From: a virus
Lineage: Duplodnaviria > Caudoviricetes
DNA: 29,042 nucleotides
Virus record (IMG/VR): IMGVR_UViG_3300010398_000030
Coordinates: 1-29,042 of that record
Strand: one strand, 5' to 3'
A program made the translations under genes and the position numbers. Below, piece after piece: positions 1-8,774 of the stretch. Below the pieces are notes generated by a model that was given only the letters and a program-made list of their open reading frames with translations, did not search any database and was not told the DNA's origin. Numbering within the stretch: position 1 is the first letter of the stretch; each line of letters starts with the position of its first letter.

Positions 1-189
1 CATCAGCCATCTAGGGTTTTGTGTGTGCCAAGTGACCGAGACGGCAGTGCATTTATTGCCGGTGAACTGATGCGACCCCTCCAAAATGCCGGCAGCGGTG
101 TGCTGGTTGCCGATCACGTTCTGGGCGCGAGCGACCATCGCGAGGCCGAGCACGCACAACAGGATTGTCACGATCCAGAGTATTTTCAT
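1..189 (-). CDS. Partial ORF (runs off the left edge), protein with an N-terminal signal peptide: MKILWIVTILLCVLGLAMVARA|QNVIGNQH...
   Basis: Hand-translated and not in the ORF track. The ATG at 187-189 overlaps the stop of the upstream gene (ATGA), and the frame is open to position 1. It has a basic-hydrophobic-AxA signal peptide pattern. Confidence 0.7.
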   Translation of the reverse strand, partial: MKILWIVTILLCVLGLAMVARAQNVIGNQHTAAGILEGSHQFTGNKCTAVSVTWHTQNPRWLM

Positions 190-683
190 TCGGTCACCAC
201 GGTGCGATTGCCAACCCGCAGAGTCGTAAGACTGTTCTGCAGGCGACAGGAGTCGGTGTACCAGACGTTTTTGGACGGGAGCCACGTCAGGTTGATGTGG
301 GCATTCGGTTTGAGAAAGTTCGGTGCCGTAATCAGTTGAATGTTGCCACCCGCATCGAGCATGAATCCGTCCTGAGCGACGAGCATCAGATGCCCCACAT
401 GGTTGCGCGGGTGAACAATCGTTGTGACTGTCCCGCCCCCCGTAACGACGTGCATGAAGTGGGTCGGCACGAGCGGATCCTGTGCCACGAGGTCAGCGCC
501 TTGGGTCGTCGAGGCCTGGTTCATGTTCTCGCGGAGGTGCTGAAAATATTGGACGTGCGACGATTGGAGGTGCGCGAGGTACTGCATGATCCGGTTCACC
601 GCATCACGCACTTCCTCGAAACTCCTGATCTGGCGGATCTCAGGCAGTGAGGGCGGGTTGTAATCTTCAGTCTGGTACGGCAT
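186..683 (-). CDS. Putative tail/virion structural protein (165 aa, MPYQTEDYNPP...)
   Basis: Track ORF 186-734. The start is more likely the ATG at 681-683, which overlaps the nozzle stop (TGATG). It sits right after the nozzle gene and has an N-terminal helix followed by a beta-rich domain. Confidence 0.6.
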   Translation of the reverse strand: MPYQTEDYNPPSLPEIRQIRSFEEVRDAVNRIMQYLAHLQSSHVQYFQHLRENMNQASTTQGADLVAQDPLVPTHFMHVVTGGGTVTTIVHPRNHVGHLMLVAQDGFMLDAGGNIQLITAPNFLKPNAHINLTWLPSKNVWYTDSCRLQNSLTTLRVGNRTVVTE

Positions 684-2098
684 CAGCGCACTCCCGCGAT
701 GCGGCCTTCGTAGGCCATCGCCATGATCTCGCAACTCCCGTTGGTGCTGAGTTGGACTTGGTGGTAGCGGTCGGTCGCCCTTAGGTTGAACCAGCCGTCC
801 GCAGCCAGCAGCGCGGCCGACTCCACGGTCGGGTAGTCGCCCATCCGGTAGCAGTGCATCGGGATCAGGATCTGGCTCTGGGGAATCTGCGCTTGGTTGT
901 AGGCTACGCGGACCTTCTGCAATTGCGTCAAATTGTCCGCATCACCCTGATAGCCGGTGAGGATAAACATGGTCGTGGGTAGACCCGACCACGACTGCAG
1001 CGCACCGTTGCTGTCGAAGAACAAGCCAGCCTGCTGGCCTGGTTGCGTGTTCCACACCACGAGCGGCGAGTTGAGATACCCCGGCACCCATCTGCCCGAA
1101 CGGCTGTTCCATCCGACGTAGCGATCGGGCATTCCAGCGAACGGCGGCTGGCCGGAAACGAAATGCCAGTAGACAGTCGCGGTGTTCGGGTCGTACCAGC
1201 TCGAGGTGAGTTGGAGTTGGTCAGGGTTCCCGTTCGCGTCCTTGTGGACCTGATTGAAGAACCACTCCTTCATGGAGTTCGGGATGCGCGACGGCGCGTA
1301 ACCCTGACACAAGTAAAAATCGTCGGTTCCTAAAAAGGCTACTGCGGTAGGCATCGGGCAGACGCAGCCCTGCCCCCAAGTTCCGGTGTTAGTCGAGAGG
1401 ATCTGGCTCGACCAGACCTGCGTGCCGCCGACGTAGGTAAGCAGGTACATCGAGCCGCGCTTCCACACGATCTGGTTTCTGAACAGCGCGGAGGCCGCGA
1501 TGATGTTGCCCGGGTAATCGTAGAGAAAACCACTCGCCGCTTGGGTCGTGGTGTTGGGTGTCCAGTTGTTATCGGTGCCGGCGGCTGAGTTGAACCACTC
1601 GTTCTTCTGATACGCAGCTTCGAACCCCGCCACCGAGATCGCGGTCGGCGCGTTGGTCGGAGGCCCACCGGCCAAATTGGAGAACGTGCCGGTAGGACCT
1701 GGAGCAACCTGCATATTGAGATTGCCCGCACTGGTCGCGATGACGTCGTCAGCGAATTGGCTGAAGACCCAAGGGAAGGTGGCCGTGTAGCCCGAACCTA
1801 TCTGGGTCCATGTGCCGCTAGTCAACCGGAACAGTCGCGTGGCAGTGCCGGCGAGGATCGATGTTGAACCGTCCGAGTACAGAGCGACATACGCGCCCAG
1901 TGGAGGCTCCTGCACACCGGTTCCGGTGAGCGGTAGCGCGGGCGCTACCTGCACGGGACTCTGGCGTGCGCGGTAACCCTTGATGGTGGGGATCGCGTTG
2001 GAAGCGTCGAGGATGATGCCGGGGGTCGAGAGATTGAGGTCGGGGCCGAAGTCGAAGAACGGCACCTCCATCCCCTGGCCGAGCTTGCGTATAGGCAT
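683..2098 (-). CDS. Tail nozzle / DNA stabilization protein (P22 gp10- / T7 gp12-like), 471 aa
   Basis: Beta-propeller-like, aromatic/Gly-rich sequence (VAFLGTDDFY, YDPNTATVYW). Size and position immediately after the adaptor are typical of podoviruses. Confidence 0.7.
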   Translation of the reverse strand: MPIRKLGQGMEVPFFDFGPDLNLSTPGIILDASNAIPTIKGYRARQSPVQVAPALPLTGTGVQEPPLGAYVALYSDGSTSILAGTATRLFRLTSGTWTQIGSGYTATFPWVFSQFADDVIATSAGNLNMQVAPGPTGTFSNLAGGPPTNAPTAISVAGFEAAYQKNEWFNSAAGTDNNWTPNTTTQAASGFLYDYPGNIIAASALFRNQIVWKRGSMYLLTYVGGTQVWSSQILSTNTGTWGQGCVCPMPTAVAFLGTDDFYLCQGYAPSRIPNSMKEWFFNQVHKDANGNPDQLQLTSSWYDPNTATVYWHFVSGQPPFAGMPDRYVGWNSRSGRWVPGYLNSPLVVWNTQPGQQAGLFFDSNGALQSWSGLPTTMFILTGYQGDADNLTQLQKVRVAYNQAQIPQSQILIPMHCYRMGDYPTVESAALLAADGWFNLRATDRYHQVQLSTNGSCEIMAMAYEGRIAGVR

Positions 2099-2101
2099 GG
2101 C

Positions 2102-3067
2102 TTACCAGTCGGAGGGCGGGATCCCGGCCCTGACGTCGCGTTGCGAGGTCTGCTGCTGGAGTTGGAGGAATTCCTGGTTGGCGAGGTCGTAGCACATCTG
2201 TGCCATCTGCTGGTCGCCGACCACTGCCTCGTTGATGCGGCCTTCGGCGTAGTGCCTCACCATCGCTTCGGCGACGGTGGTCCAGATGTTCGAATCAGCC
2301 GCGTTTTGCGCGATGACCGGAGCCGAGCGGTAACTGAAAGTGATCGGATACATCCCGACCGGATAGGGCCAGACGTAGAGTTGCCCGTGGTAATAGGCGT
2401 AGTCAGTCGGATAGGTCGTGGGCGGCGTGGGCCGGATGACATCCAGATTGCGGAGTCCCGCGTAGGAGTTGGGAGTGAGCTCCAGACGGAGTGTCCGCGC
2501 CCAAGTGCATTCCACCCGGGTGAACGCGATGAGGTCGATGGGAAGCTGGTACTGGTTGACGTTGTAGACCGTGCTCAGTTGGGGGTTAGCGTTGAACCCG
2601 CCGATGATGTGGCCGTTGTTGATCCAGCGCACGCCATTCGGTGGACCGCCGTTGTCATCGATGGTGCCCGCAGTTCCCGCTGGCGGTGGAGGTAGCGGCA
2701 CCGTCCCGCCGGCAACGCTGGGCGGCACGACGAATTGCTGGTTGATGACGGACTGGAAGTTCGGTGCGGTCGCTGGGTCGGTGGTCCCGGCGTTGGCCGC
2801 AACAAAGGCCCACACCACCCCAGTCGGATCGGTGTACTGGATGGTACAACCTTGCGTAGCAAAGACGCCCGCCGTCCAAACCAGGGGATCGCTGTTGTCA
2901 GCCGAGGTGAAAAAGAAAGGCTTGCGCTGCCAGAAGCGCATCGCGTCCTGCAGATAAGACGTGACGACGCCCTGAAGATTGGGACGATTTAAGTCGTCAA
3001 TCGTGCGCTGTTGTTGAGCGCCGAAGGTTCGCTGGTCTACCTGCGTCTGCGGCCATTGCTGTGCCAT
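2102..3067 (-). CDS. Head-tail adaptor protein with an inserted beta-module, 321 aa
   Basis: The N-terminus (IDDLNRPNL...YLQDAMRFW) and C-terminus (YQLPID...PTDYAYY...LYVWPYP...SNIWT) match the podoviral adaptor pattern. Located between the capsid genes and the nozzle. Confidence 0.7.
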   Translation of the reverse strand: MAQQWPQTQVDQRTFGAQQQRTIDDLNRPNLQGVVTSYLQDAMRFWQRKPFFFTSADNSDPLVWTAGVFATQGCTIQYTDPTGVVWAFVAANAGTTDPATAPNFQSVINQQFVVPPSVAGGTVPLPPPPAGTAGTIDDNGGPPNGVRWINNGHIIGGFNANPQLSTVYNVNQYQLPIDLIAFTRVECTWARTLRLELTPNSYAGLRNLDVIRPTPPTTYPTDYAYYHGQLYVWPYPVGMYPITFSYRSAPVIAQNAADSNIWTTVAEAMVRHYAEGRINEAVVGDQQMAQMCYDLANQEFLQLQQQTSQRDVRAGIPPSDW

Positions 3068-3080
3068 GTACCATCACAGG

Positions 3081-3120
3081 AAAATGAGCGGGTGCCGTCA
3101 GGCCGACTGCACACCCGCCC
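3081..3120 (-). terminator. Possible intrinsic terminator after the capsid cluster
   Basis: Minus-strand hairpin GGGCGGGTG...CACCCGCTC followed by ATTTTCC in the 3068-3127 intergenic gap. The U-tract is short. Confidence 0.45.
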
Positions 3121-3127
3121 GCCGCGA

Positions 3128-3394
3128 CTATTTCTTACCGCTACCCTCGCAGGTGCCGCTGTAGCCCGCCGGATTCGGTTCGCCCGGTGCTGGCCCGCCA
3201 AAAATGCCGTGACCACTGGAGACGTTCGGCGACTCCAGCAGCGAGGCTGAATTCTGCGAGAGATGCACGGCCATCACCTCGTTGATGCTGCCGTACACCC
3301 CCTCTCCGCTCTCGTCGTAGTCTTCGGGGCCGGAGCCGCCAGTGGTTTCGTTGTAGACATTCGGATGGATGAGCCCGCCTTTCTTGTCGGCCAT
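3128..3394 (-). CDS. Hypothetical phage protein, 88 aa
   Basis: Translationally coupled to the upstream ORF (TAATG) with an AGGA-type RBS. Confidence 0.6.
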   Translation of the reverse strand: MADKKGGLIHPNVYNETTGGSGPEDYDESGEGVYGSINEVMAVHLSQNSASLLESPNVSSGHGIFGGPAPGEPNPAGYSGTCEGSGKK

Positions 3395-3696
3395 TACTTT
3401 TTCCTCACGTTGATGGTTTCGAAATGATGACGCTCTTCCTGCGCCTGCGTGCGTGCCTGCTCGTTCCAGCCCTGCACCGCATAGTCGATGTCATCGTCGG
3501 CGCTCTGCAGATGACCGCTTCCCGGCTGGCCCAAACGCGGATAGAAGGCGTCAACCACGCCCTCGATTTGCGGAACGTCGGGGTCTTCATCTGCCCAGTC
3601 GGTCGATGGCAACACCTCGTCGTTGACTCGCTGGCGCACCCCGTCATCGGCGGGCTTGGGCTTGTGCATCGCACGACCGATGTTGGGAATCTTCAT
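3394..3696 (-). CDS. Hypothetical phage protein, 100 aa
   Basis: Tightly packed in the capsid operon with a GAGGG RBS upstream. Confidence 0.6.
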   Translation of the reverse strand: MKIPNIGRAMHKPKPADDGVRQRVNDEVLPSTDWADEDPDVPQIEGVVDAFYPRLGQPGSGHLQSADDDIDYAVQGWNEQARTQAQEERHHFETINVRKK

Positions 3697-3699
3697 CGG

Positions 3700-4161
3700 C
3701 TAATCCCTCGTGATGTCGAATTCGAAGTAGACGACTACCGGCGAAGCTCCGACGTTCGCGCCCGCCCCCGCTGCGGCTCTCAGGAAGATGAGATTGGGCG
3801 CGACGTAGTTCACCGCGCTGCCCATCGAGGCACGCGCCGCCGTCCCTGAGGTCAGAACGGCACCAGCCCGAAAGCCGGTGACCGCCGAGAAGAACGTCGT
3901 AGGCGTCGGCGTGGTCGAGTCCAGCATCGACATGGTTAGCGTTGCACCGCTGTCCAGTGCGGGACTGTCGAGCCAGTAGCTGGTGATGTGCGCCGCGCTG
4001 CCCGCACCTATGTAGAAAAGCGGGAAGGTATCGTTCAACGCGATCGTCACGCCCGCCGCTATCGTCACCGAGCCGAGGACGGGCCTGCCCGAACCTGGCA
4101 CAACGCTGGGGTTCGCCTGCCCGCCGCCCGCGATGATCAGATTGCTGTTATACGTTGCCAC
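3700..4161 (-). CDS. Probable capsid decoration/cement protein, 153 aa
   Basis: GTG start with AGGAGG RBS directly after the major capsid gene. Ala/Gly/Thr/Ser-rich beta-type sequence. Confidence 0.6.
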   Translation of the reverse strand: MATYNSNLIIAGGGQANPSVVPGSGRPVLGSVTIAAGVTIALNDTFPLFYIGAGSAAHITSYWLDSPALDSGATLTMSMLDSTTPTPTTFFSAVTGFRAGAVLTSGTAARASMGSAVNYVAPNLIFLRAAAGAGANVGASPVVVYFEFDITRD

Positions 4162-4176
4162 TGTCGCCTCCTGCCC

Positions 4177-5265
4177 TTACTGCGCGTTGGTCGCCGCACT
4201 GCCGAGCGGGTCAATGTCAATTCCGTAAGTGTCAATTGCCGCAGTCGCGAAGTCCGCCGCGTTGAACTGGACCTTGACCAATCCCCAGATGGCCGAGCAG
4301 CCGATCCCGATCTGTCGGCCAAAGTCTCTCAACTCCTCGAGCCAGCGGAATTTCTGCGACTCACCCTGGCCGCGACCAAAAGCCAAGACTGCCGCCTGGG
4401 CACCAAGAAAAACCGCACGCTTAGTATTAGCTACTGCGGCTCCTGCATTACTCACTGAGTTAGTTACTCGTGAGTTTTCATGCATGAGTACCCCATGGTA
4501 CATGCCTAGAGAGTTCCACCATATCGGATTATCTCCGATGTCACCGCCAGTTAGCGCTGCTTTCTCCAAGTCAAGCCACTGGCCGGTGCTGGTGTTCTGT
4601 CGCATATCGGTGGTCTGCGATGGATGCATCACACCGATGTAGAGATCGCGGCCGTTCACCTTGATGGGACGAATGCCGGTGGTGAGGGCTTTCGCCATGC
4701 GGACGGCGGTGTCCCAGAAGGTGAGCACGAAGGTGTTGGTGCTGGCTAAAGTTGCTGCGTCAGTAACGCCGGTCGGCAAGATCTGCCGGGTGGTTCCCAC
4801 GCAGGCCTGCAGCCCGGTGTAACGCGGGTCGGTCTGCGGGGTGTACGATCCTAATTGATTAGCGCCTGCATGGTCGCAGCGGGCAGCATACCAATCGGCC
4901 AGCCTCGAGCGTCCGGTCTTGCGCCGGTCGAACAGTACGCGCTGGTTGGAGATTGGCCCCGCCAGCAAGACTGCGTGGCACAACTCGTTGATGACCAGCG
5001 CATCGGCGAATGTGGCGGGCGCTTCCTCGTTGCCGGTCAACGAGTTCAGCCCCATGACGCCTGCCCCAGTCAGCAGCGTCGATTCTCCGATGGTCACCTG
5101 ATCGCCCGCGTGCTTCTCAAGCTCGTCGCGGACCATCACGGCGCTGGTGTCTTCCTTACTGGAGATCCGTAGATAGAAAGACCACTGGGCGAATTGCACC
5201 ATCATCTGTTTCGCCCAGATCTTTACGGTCAGGGGATCTGTACTTTGGTACGTCCATTCCGCCAC
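4177..5265 (-). CDS. Major capsid protein, N4-gp56/DUF4043-like family (~362 aa)
   Basis: Motifs DPLTVKIWAK, ELEKHAGDQVTI, GAGVMG...LTGNEE, NPIWWNSLGMYHGV and RAVFLGAQA. The start is re-called to the GTG at 5263-5265 (RBS AGGAG) instead of the track start at 5343. Confidence 0.85.
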   Translation of the reverse strand: MAEWTYQSTDPLTVKIWAKQMMVQFAQWSFYLRISSKEDTSAVMVRDELEKHAGDQVTIGESTLLTGAGVMGLNSLTGNEEAPATFADALVINELCHAVLLAGPISNQRVLFDRRKTGRSRLADWYAARCDHAGANQLGSYTPQTDPRYTGLQACVGTTRQILPTGVTDAATLASTNTFVLTFWDTAVRMAKALTTGIRPIKVNGRDLYIGVMHPSQTTDMRQNTSTGQWLDLEKAALTGGDIGDNPIWWNSLGMYHGVLMHENSRVTNSVSNAGAAVANTKRAVFLGAQAAVLAFGRGQGESQKFRWLEELRDFGRQIGIGCSAIWGLVKVQFNAADFATAAIDTYGIDIDPLGSAATNAQ

Positions 5266-5527
5266 GGGCGTAACTCCTGAACGATGAGGCCCGGAGTAGT
5301 CGCGGCGGTAACTGCTCCGGTCGTTAAACCCACGCGAAGGCACCTGCCCTCGCGAACGAACACCAGCGATGTCCCGTGATTTAACGCCCGGGGGAGTAAC
5401 CCATCCCGCAACCAGAAACGGCGACTAGCCGGTTGCGGTATCCGCCTTAACGTCGAGTGCGGAAGTCGGACGTGACGAGGTTCCGACTATCGAGAGCAAT
5501 TACTCTTTTGCTAGCCGATGGTCAATC
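5266..5527 (-). promoter_or_regulatory. Structured non-coding leader upstream of the capsid gene
   Basis: A ~260 nt gap in an otherwise densely packed operon, with four visible stems: 5291-5300/5311-5320, 5333-5341/5346-5354, 5406-5413/5431-5438 and 5464-5470/5482-5488. Confidence 0.5.
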
Positions 5528-5743
5528 CTAGTAACCGCCACGCGGCTTGGCGCTACGCCCTGAGCCATGGTGGGCAGGCTTCTTGTGTTTCGGCTTGGCT
5601 CGTTCCGGCAATCCCTTCTCTGGGGTTGCCGCGAAATCCGTAAGCTGGCTCTCTGACATCCCAGTGTCGGTCGGCTCGCCCGCCCGCAGGCGAGCCAGTT
5701 CCGCACCCATGAAACCTTTCTGCTTCTTCGATGACGCCGGCAT
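5528..5743 (-). CDS. Small basic protein, DUF3008-like, 71 aa
   Basis: MPASSKKQKGFMGA...MSESQLTDFAATPEKGLPE resembles the DUF3008 pattern as recalled. AGGAGG RBS. Confidence 0.65.
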   Translation of the reverse strand: MPASSKKQKGFMGAELARLRAGEPTDTGMSESQLTDFAATPEKGLPERAKPKHKKPAHHGSGRSAKPRGGY

Positions 5744-5752
5744 TGTTTCCTC

Positions 5753-6859
5753 CTACGCTGCAGTGAGATCGGTGAGGTCGATATCGCCCACCCGTCTTTC
5801 GAAAGCTTTCCCGTGGTTCGGGTCCTGGACCATCGCGATGTACTGGTCTTCCGGCATATTGCCGACGAACGCCTTGAACTCCGCGTTCGACATGGTCTGC
5901 CACGCCAGCGCCTGGTTGGTTTCACCGCTCTGGACGCGGCCCAGTCCCGTTACTGCCTGCCCGCGCTGGATCTGCTCCAACCTCTGGTTACCCGAGGGCA
6001 GCACTTGCGGTGCCGCGGCACGGCGCACACCATTCCCGTTCTGCTGTGCTTGCTGTTGCTGCTGGGCGACCCACTGTGGATAACCCCAGATGTCGGAGAG
6101 CCGCACTACCGCATCCGCCACTGGGATCCCAAGTTCCTTCGCACGCTGGAGCAATACCAGTTCCTCTCGTGCGGTGATGTCGCGGGCCTGCTCAGGCGAG
6201 AACAGTTGCACCTGTCGCCCGTCGGGCAACTGGAAGGTGCTCGCCCACCACGAAGCACGCGCCCAGCGGGCATAGTCCACCCGGGTGTCGTAGTCCTGAA
6301 AGCGGGTCCGCGCCTGCGGGACCTGGAATGCCAACCAGTTCTGCATATCGTTGTTGGCGTTGACCATTGCCGCCTGCTGCTGGCCCTGCTGGACGAACGC
6401 AGCCAGTTGCTCGATCCGCTGCTCTGCGCGAATCGCACGCTGCTCTGCATCCCAAGCGCGAGCTCCAACTGGGTCTATCGCCGGGTCGGGTCGTTCAGCG
6501 GCTTGCTTGGCGGCAGCTTCCGCCTGCCGTGCCATCTCCGCAGCTTCCTGCGCTTGCCGCTGTCTCTCCTCAAGCCGCGCCCAGCGTTCTCGATACTCGT
6601 TGGCCTGTGCGAGTTGCGATTCGGTGGCTCGCAACCGCTCGTTGACCTGTTCGAACCGGTCGTACGGGACCGACTCTTCGGTCTTCTTGGGCTTCGGCTT
6701 CCCGCCCTCGATGGACTGGAGTTGTGGTTCCTGCGGCTCCGGTTGTTCTGGCGGCTGTTGTTCGCCAGTTTCTTGCGCCTGAAGATTTGCTTGCTCTTCC
6801 GGCGTCAGTTCGACGTCCTCTTCCATGGAAGGACTAATCGCGGCTTTCTTCGGTGGCAT
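5753..6859 (-). CDS. Putative capsid scaffolding protein, 368 aa
   Basis: Acidic disordered N-terminus, SVPYDRFEQVNE motif typical of phage scaffolds, long coiled coil, and a position upstream of the major capsid gene. Confidence 0.75.
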   Translation of the reverse strand: MPPKKAAISPSMEEDVELTPEEQANLQAQETGEQQPPEQPEPQEPQLQSIEGGKPKPKKTEESVPYDRFEQVNERLRATESQLAQANEYRERWARLEERQRQAQEAAEMARQAEAAAKQAAERPDPAIDPVGARAWDAEQRAIRAEQRIEQLAAFVQQGQQQAAMVNANNDMQNWLAFQVPQARTRFQDYDTRVDYARWARASWWASTFQLPDGRQVQLFSPEQARDITAREELVLLQRAKELGIPVADAVVRLSDIWGYPQWVAQQQQQAQQNGNGVRRAAAPQVLPSGNQRLEQIQRGQAVTGLGRVQSGETNQALAWQTMSNAEFKAFVGNMPEDQYIAMVQDPNHGKAFERRVGDIDLTDLTAA

Positions 6860-8123
6860 CTCTTACTTCCTTGAATGATCCCCAAGTCAGGCCGAGGTCG
6901 CGTCCGTCCTGAACGATATCGAGCAAACGCCGCAACGATGCGGCATCGAATTCCACTTCGTCACCTTTCACCGATTCCGCCGCCTCGACCGCCTGCCCCA
7001 TCGCGTCTTCAAGGCTGTGGGACCAACCACAAGCCGCGCCGAATTCGCGGAGTTCGGAGGGCGAGACTGCGTAATCCACACCGTTGATTCGGGTGTGACC
7101 GTGTAAGCGGACACGATCTGGTTCTCCCACGGTGACTGCCAAAGGGTGATCGGCACCAGCTTCGGAACGCAAAACGAGTTCGACTGCGTAGTTCGATTCA
7201 TAATCCGGCTCCACGGGATCCCCCGTCGCGGCACCGAACATCATCTCGCCCCAGTTACTGGCGAGAAACGAATGCACCGAGCTTGGAGGTTCGGGGAAGC
7301 GGCACGACAGGTCGATGATGTAGGAGCTACCGTCGTCGCACTCCCGCGTCTCAGTGGAAAACGGGCCGCGGTAGTTGACGAGGACGCCGGATAGCTTGTC
7401 GAGCACCAAACGCATCCGTACTGGAACTGCCAAGGTGTTCCCCACATACCCGGCATCCTTGTCCTCGTACCCCCACAGGTGTCTGGCCGGAAACCGTCCA
7501 TCGCAAACCCACGGCGGGTCCGCGCCGGCCTCGACGCACAGCCCGCTCACGATGGGCGGCTCCACGATGAAGTCGGCCACTTCGGCGTACGGACCCAGTG
7601 ACAGTTGCCATTCGGCGAGCTTCTTCTGCGACTGCGGGTAGGTGCGATGATGATAGGTTTCGACGTCGCCCCTGAAGTAGGAAAACTTTATCCACAGGTC
7701 TTCCTGCCGCTGCAGCAGTCGGCGCAGCGTATCGAGGCCGTGAATCAGGAACCCGTCGCTGTAGTCGAGGTCGTTCTGGCGCAGGGTGTTCTTGAGCATC
7801 CAGCGGTCGCGCTCCAGCGCGGCGGTCCTGCCGCACCCGAACACCGGCATTCCCTGGCCTCTCAGGTATTCCTGCAAACCCGGTTGACCAACATCCGTAA
7901 AGACCACCAGATCAGTTCGATCGAGAGCATCAAAAAAGTCAGGTACACGATCAATGCCATCAAGGCCCATCCCAGGAATAAAATCTCGCGCCACACTGAA
8001 ACCCTTCTCCCACGGGACGAAGTACAGCACTCTAGCGAATTCACCGACTACTGATTCGGCGACGTGCGTATAGCTCGCCGAGGCGTCCCAGAAGAGAACG
8101 GTTTTGCGCGAGACATCCATCAC
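6834..8123 (-). CDS. ATP-grasp ligase, PurD (phosphoribosylamine-glycine ligase)-like, 429 aa
   Basis: DLVVFTDVG...LRGQGMPVFG...AALERDRWMLK resembles the GARS N/B-domain. FIVEPPI and YIIDLSCRFPEP resemble ATP-grasp motifs (E/D-x-x-x-R-F-G/P-x-P). It is divergent, so purD is not assigned. Confidence 0.7.
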   Translation of the reverse strand: MMDVSRKTVLFWDASASYTHVAESVVGEFARVLYFVPWEKGFSVARDFIPGMGLDGIDRVPDFFDALDRTDLVVFTDVGQPGLQEYLRGQGMPVFGCGRTAALERDRWMLKNTLRQNDLDYSDGFLIHGLDTLRRLLQRQEDLWIKFSYFRGDVETYHHRTYPQSQKKLAEWQLSLGPYAEVADFIVEPPIVSGLCVEAGADPPWVCDGRFPARHLWGYEDKDAGYVGNTLAVPVRMRLVLDKLSGVLVNYRGPFSTETRECDDGSSYIIDLSCRFPEPPSSVHSFLASNWGEMMFGAATGDPVEPDYESNYAVELVLRSEAGADHPLAVTVGEPDRVRLHGHTRINGVDYAVSPSELREFGAACGWSHSLEDAMGQAVEAAESVKGDEVEFDAASLRRLLDIVQDGRDLGLTWGSFKEVRDATEESRD

Positions 8124-8581
8124 AGTAAGGGATGTGGGTTACCGCTTGCGGCGGTCCACTCGCACTTGGGACAGGTGGCTTGATACGCCACTGGCGGGCA
8201 GGCCTTGGGATCCGGCTCCGGTTTCGGCGGCGGGGCTGGAGGGGCGACTGTTCCTTCCACCGGTACGGCCACGTTCTGCGGCATGATCTCAACCGGATGG
8301 GGTTCGATACCGCCGTACTCCCAATCGCAATTTGAGCACGTTCCCTCAGGTGCGACTGTCTCGCAGAGACTCCTGTTCACCGCTGGTGGTGGCGGTTCCG
8401 CTGCGCGGGGAGGTTCTTCGGCTGGCGGTTCTTCAACTGGCGGCGACTCAGGATGCTCCTCTTCTGCTGGAGGTGAGGGCGGCACTTCCTGAGGCGGCGG
8501 CTTCGGCTCTTCAGTCTCCATCGTCATCTTTGTGCTCCTCTTCTTCGGTGTCGGTGGTTTGCGTGACGTAACCTTGACCAT
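8120..8581 (-). CDS. Pro/Glu-rich protein with two copies of a Cys/His (Zn-finger-like) motif
   Basis: Track ORF 8120-8617. RBS-supported ATG starts lie at 8581 or 8527. Repeats are CETVAPEGTCSNCDW...PHP and CPPVAYQATCPKCEW...PHP. Confidence 0.65.
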   Translation of the reverse strand: MVKVTSRKPPTPKKRSTKMTMETEEPKPPPQEVPPSPPAEEEHPESPPVEEPPAEEPPRAAEPPPPAVNRSLCETVAPEGTCSNCDWEYGGIEPHPVEIMPQNVAVPVEGTVAPPAPPPKPEPDPKACPPVAYQATCPKCEWTAASGNPHPLL

Positions 8582-8774
8582 CCTCGTACTCCTGCCTAAG
8601 TACCGACGCAGCCACAACCAGAGAGTCGTCGATCGAACGTCCCAGCAGCCTGCCGTGGTCGAGTTCCAGACCCACGCGCCACATGACGTTCTCGCTCTTG
8701 AGCTTCATCAGCCATGGCGCGTTGCGGACTAGCCACGCCTCGAGCTTGCGGTTGTACTCAGTTTCGTCGGGCAA
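8511..8774 (-). CDS. Hypothetical protein, 87 aa
   Basis: Fills the gap between neighbours. TTG start preceded by GAGGT. Confidence 0.5.
   Translation of the reverse strand: MPDETEYNRKLEAWLVRNAPWLMKLKSENVMWRVGLELDHGRLLGRSIDDSLVVAASVLRQEYEDGQGYVTQTTDTEEEEHKDDDGD

Noticed and set aside
5266-5343. N-terminal extension of the capsid ORF given by the track (start 5343)
   Set aside because: A better RBS-supported GTG lies at 5263-5265, and the extension overlaps hairpins of the leader.
6834-8123. Assigning gene symbol purD / purine auxiliary metabolic gene
   Set aside because: Only the fold-level motifs match, the typical PurD N-terminal GxGGREH motif is absent, and the context is structural.
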